Source: Myxococcota bacterium (GTDB lineage: Bacteria > Myxococcota_A > SURF-8 > G963663525). Taken from it: DNA of 64,000 bases. How positions within the stretch are numbered: position 1 is the first letter of the stretch; each line of letters begins with the position of its first letter. The DNA lies in contig CAXXVK010000052.1 of the NCBI GenBank assembly GCA_963676915.2, positions 1 to 64,000 of the forward strand, in the 5' to 3' direction. The translations under genes were made by a program, and so were the position numbers. Shown in pieces: positions 61,095-64,000 of the stretch. Under the pieces are notes generated by a model. It was given only the letters and a program-made list of their open reading frames with translations. It made no database searches and was not told where the DNA came from.

Positions 61095-62537
61095 CTAAAA
61101 ACGATCCGTTCCCCGAACGATATCGACAACGGATCGAGCAGCGAAACGAGCCATCCGACGATTGGCGTTGGCAGCGATCAAACGAGCGAATCCTAGCGCA
61201 ACCTGTGGTCTGAAATAGAAAGAGCGCAAGAAGCGTCCCTGCCATACCACAAGATCGTCCCGCGTATGGGTCCATGGAAGACGAACCCAGGGCAACTCGG
61301 AACGATCCGTGTACCAGTCTCCCATGAGCGTACCGTCTCGTTCGGCATCGAAATAGACTTGCGTACCGGGATAAGGCTTTAGAATCTCTAACGAAACGGC
61401 GTCAAGAGGCAGGCTTTTCGCAAACTCGATGGAACGGCGAATCGTCTGCGGTGTCTCTCCCGGATAACCAATGAAGAAGCCGCCATGCACCCGCATTCCG
61501 GCTTCTTTGGCCAGTGTCACGGCACGCCGAGCATCCTCGATGGTGGCCCCTTTGTTCATCGCTTCCAACAAACCCGGATCGCCCGATTCCAGTCCGAAAC
61601 TGATCATCCGCACTCCGGCTTTGTAAGCATGCCGCAGCAGATCTCTGTCCACACCATCCGTACGTGACTTGATGAACAGTTCGAGATCCAAGCCATCCCG
61701 AAGCATCCAATCGAACACTTTTCGCGCCCGCGAACGTAACAAGGTGAAGTGATCGTCATCTACATCGAGATACCGCACTCCTTTTTCGTAAAGCTGCGTA
61801 ATCTCCAAATAAATATTCTCTGCCGAACGAAAATACACGCCCGTCCGTGCAGAATTGTAACAAAAATGGCAGTTCTTCGGACAACCGCGTCCGGTAACGA
61901 TGCTATCGAAGGGGCGCGTGGTGAATAATTGGTAATAGCGATCCGCTTCGAAGACATCGGCCACCAGAGAGCGATCGGGAAACGCCAACTCATCGACCTT
62001 CGAAGTATCGACACTCCCCTGCCCTATCGCGATTTCTCCATTTTTCCTGTAATAACAGCCTGGTACGTTGTTTGGTTCTTGCCCAGCGGCTATCGCTTCT
62101 ACCAGCATACACAAAGTCTGTTCGGCATATCCCGACAACAGTGCATCGGCTTCGGGAATGTCTTGCATCGTCCGTTCAGGCCAGGCCGTGGCATGAAGTC
62201 CACCCAGAACGATGGGAGTTTGAGGAAGGGCCTCGCGCACGGCACGAATAAGTTGTGCCGTCGGGTACAGAATATCGGAAAACACGGGAAAACCGACGAC
62301 CCCTGGTTCCATCCGACGCAGGGTTTCGACAATACGGGAAGGCGTCAGGTTCCAGGCGTTGGCGTCCAAAACCTTCACGCCATGGCCTTCTCGTTCGAGT
62401 GCAGCACCCAGGTACAAGAGGTTTTTCGGAGGATGCACTTTTTTGGCCATGCGATGGGGATCGACACGCGGAGGATTGACCAACACGACGCCGGAACCAC
62501 CTAACATACCGTGTTCTTTAGGATTTCCAGGCATCAT
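61095..62537 (-). CDS. Cobalamin-binding radical SAM protein
   Basis: LVNPP, GGLHAT, GRGCPKNCHFC, DDHF, FGLESG, IGYPGET, PYPGT. Confidence 0.93.
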   Translation of the reverse strand: MMPGNPKEHGMLGGSGVVLVNPPRVDPHRMAKKVHPPKNLLYLGAALEREGHGVKVLDANAWNLTPSRIVETLRRMEPGVVGFPVFSDILYPTAQLIRAVREALPQTPIVLGGLHATAWPERTMQDIPEADALLSGYAEQTLCMLVEAIAAGQEPNNVPGCYYRKNGEIAIGQGSVDTSKVDELAFPDRSLVADVFEADRYYQLFTTRPFDSIVTGRGCPKNCHFCYNSARTGVYFRSAENIYLEITQLYEKGVRYLDVDDDHFTLLRSRARKVFDWMLRDGLDLELFIKSRTDGVDRDLLRHAYKAGVRMISFGLESGDPGLLEAMNKGATIEDARRAVTLAKEAGMRVHGGFFIGYPGETPQTIRRSIEFAKSLPLDAVSLEILKPYPGTQVYFDAERDGTLMGDWYTDRSELPWVRLPWTHTRDDLVVWQGRFLRSFYFRPQVALGFARLIAANANRRMARFAARSVVDIVRGTDRF

Positions 62538-63541
62538 GACTCATCCTTTACAGGCTGGGAAGGCACCGCATTCAAACGAAACGGAAGATGCAGAAGCAGG
62601 ATGGAAGCCACACCCAAACCGGTATCGATGACCACTTCGGACAAATGCATCGCCACCGCCGCCGGAAGCGCTTCGGTGGAGGAGACTCCAAATAACGACA
62701 ACGCCGTCACCACCGCAAAATGGTAGACGCCCAAAGACGTTGGCACGGCGGGAATCGCAGCGGAAAAAGCAACCGCACACATCACCAACAACGTTTCAAA
62801 AACGCTCAATTCTAGACCGAACGCCCGAAGAGCAAAGAAATAAAATGCGAATTTCAAACTCCGCTGAATCAGCGTATAGACAAACGAAACGAGAAAAACT
62901 CTGGCATTCCGAATGGTTGCAAGACCATCCAAAAGTTTATCCAGTGTATTCCCGATTCGGATACGCCACGCAGAAGGCAGATAATCGACCAGTTTTTTCA
63001 ATACAAAACGTGCATGGCGAGGAAACAACGCCAGAGCCAAAAGTCCTAAAGACAAAATTGCCAACCCAATCAGCGGCAATACGTGGAGTTCCGCCGCCAA
63101 GGTCGTACCCGGCTCGATCCAAGAAAGTGCAATGAGAAAAGCCGCGAGCAGCACGCCGAGGTCGAATAGCCTCTCTACCGCCGCAACACCCAAGGATGTG
63201 GCCAAATCAATGCGATGATTTCGAGCAACAAGCCAGGTTCGGTACAACTCGCCCGCACGAGCCGGGATCGCCAGATTAACCAACGTTCCCGCGCAGAGAT
63301 AACCGAACAGAGATGCAGGGGAAATGTGCCGAAACGGCAACAAAAGCGTTCGCCAGCGAAAAGCACGAACGGCGGGAATCGCTGTGTAGGCAGCTAGACC
63401 AAGCACGAAAAGCATTGGATCAAAGCGATTCAACATATCGGATACATTGGAGAATTCCACGTTTCGCACCGCAAGCACGGCAAACAACGCCGATAATGCA
63501 AGCGCTAGCGGAAAACGTATGGAAAAACCTCCGGCTTTCAT
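62534..63541 (-). CDS. Lysylphosphatidylglycerol synthase TM-domain (UPF0104, flippase-like) protein
   Basis: RAFRW, N..IPARAGE..R, VERLFD, P.SLGVYH. Confidence 0.9.
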   Translation of the reverse strand: MKAGGFSIRFPLALALSALFAVLAVRNVEFSNVSDMLNRFDPMLFVLGLAAYTAIPAVRAFRWRTLLLPFRHISPASLFGYLCAGTLVNLAIPARAGELYRTWLVARNHRIDLATSLGVAAVERLFDLGVLLAAFLIALSWIEPGTTLAAELHVLPLIGLAILSLGLLALALFPRHARFVLKKLVDYLPSAWRIRIGNTLDKLLDGLATIRNARVFLVSFVYTLIQRSLKFAFYFFALRAFGLELSVFETLLVMCAVAFSAAIPAVPTSLGVYHFAVVTALSLFGVSSTEALPAAVAMHLSEVVIDTGLGVASILLLHLPFRLNAVPSQPVKDES

Positions 63542-63563
63542 GCCGATCCTTTTCGACTAACGG

Positions 63564-64000
63564 TCAATGATCGCGTTTCAAGGCGCTCCACAACATTCGT
63601 CCGGCGGTTTTCATACCACGCAACAATTCGTCTTTCGAACGAACACGCCGAAGCGCTCGGAAAATGTACGAAGGCCGATAGTAAAACAGATAATACCCGC
63701 AGCGGGTCCAGAATTCGATTTCCGTCTCCGACATCGCCGTCCATGGGCTGCCCATACGGCGAAGGACACTACGGTCACGGATATAATCGCTCCAGAAATC
63801 CTCACCCGTTTTCTCGACGACTTCCTTGTTGAATTCCGTTTTCGGCTTGGCGATGGTCCGTGAAAACTGGGCGTAATCCAAGTCGAGATCCAAAGCGAAG
63901 CGGATCGTCGCCAACACCGAGCTACGAGTTTCACCGGGCAGGCCGGTCATGAAAAACCCCAAAGGATTGATCCCGGCGGCCTTGGCATCCGTGATGGTCT
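63564..64000 (-). CDS. Second cobalamin-binding-type radical SAM protein, C-terminal part (truncated by window)
   Basis: AGINPLGFFMTGLPGET, FYYRPSY, paralleling the C-terminus of 61095..62537. Confidence 0.8.
   Translation of the reverse strand, partial: TITDAKAAGINPLGFFMTGLPGETRSSVLATIRFALDLDLDYAQFSRTIAKPKTEFNKEVVEKTGEDFWSDYIRDRSVLRRMGSPWTAMSETEIEFWTRCGYYLFYYRPSYIFRALRRVRSKDELLRGMKTAGRMLWSALKRDH

Overview
A GC-moderate bacterial chromosome segment. Gene content suggests an anaerobic deltaproteobacterial-grade organism (Myxococcota/Desulfobacterota-like); this is inferred from desulfoferrodoxin, a Desulfovibrio-type birA-pyc pair, 2-oxoacid:ferredoxin oxidoreductase, a sigma54 promoter, selB, a MYXO-CTERM-like tail and Cys-rich lipoproteins. 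Housekeeping genes: DinG helicase, birA, pyc, mutS, aspS, tRNA-Val, tRNA-Asp, selB. Accessory genes: a lactonase/DmpA/EGF-stalked penicillin acylase cluster; a saccharopine dehydrogenase-OFOR operon; two CoA-transferases behind a structured leader; a seven-gene run of FGE-domain lipoprotein, rhodanese, MauE/DoxX, DsbA, lipoprotein, radical SAM and GT-C; a beta-barrel/lipase/SDR/desaturase cluster carrying many indels (41.9-49.8 kb, probably sequencing error); and B12 radical SAM genes around a flippase-like gene. Non-coding highlights: several GTAG-type REP/REPIN hairpins and a ~200-bp MITE with terminal inverted repeats and a target duplication that holds a REP doublet. No CRISPR, rRNA, transposase, integrase or reverse transcriptase was seen. 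All calls come from motif reading only; no database search was run.
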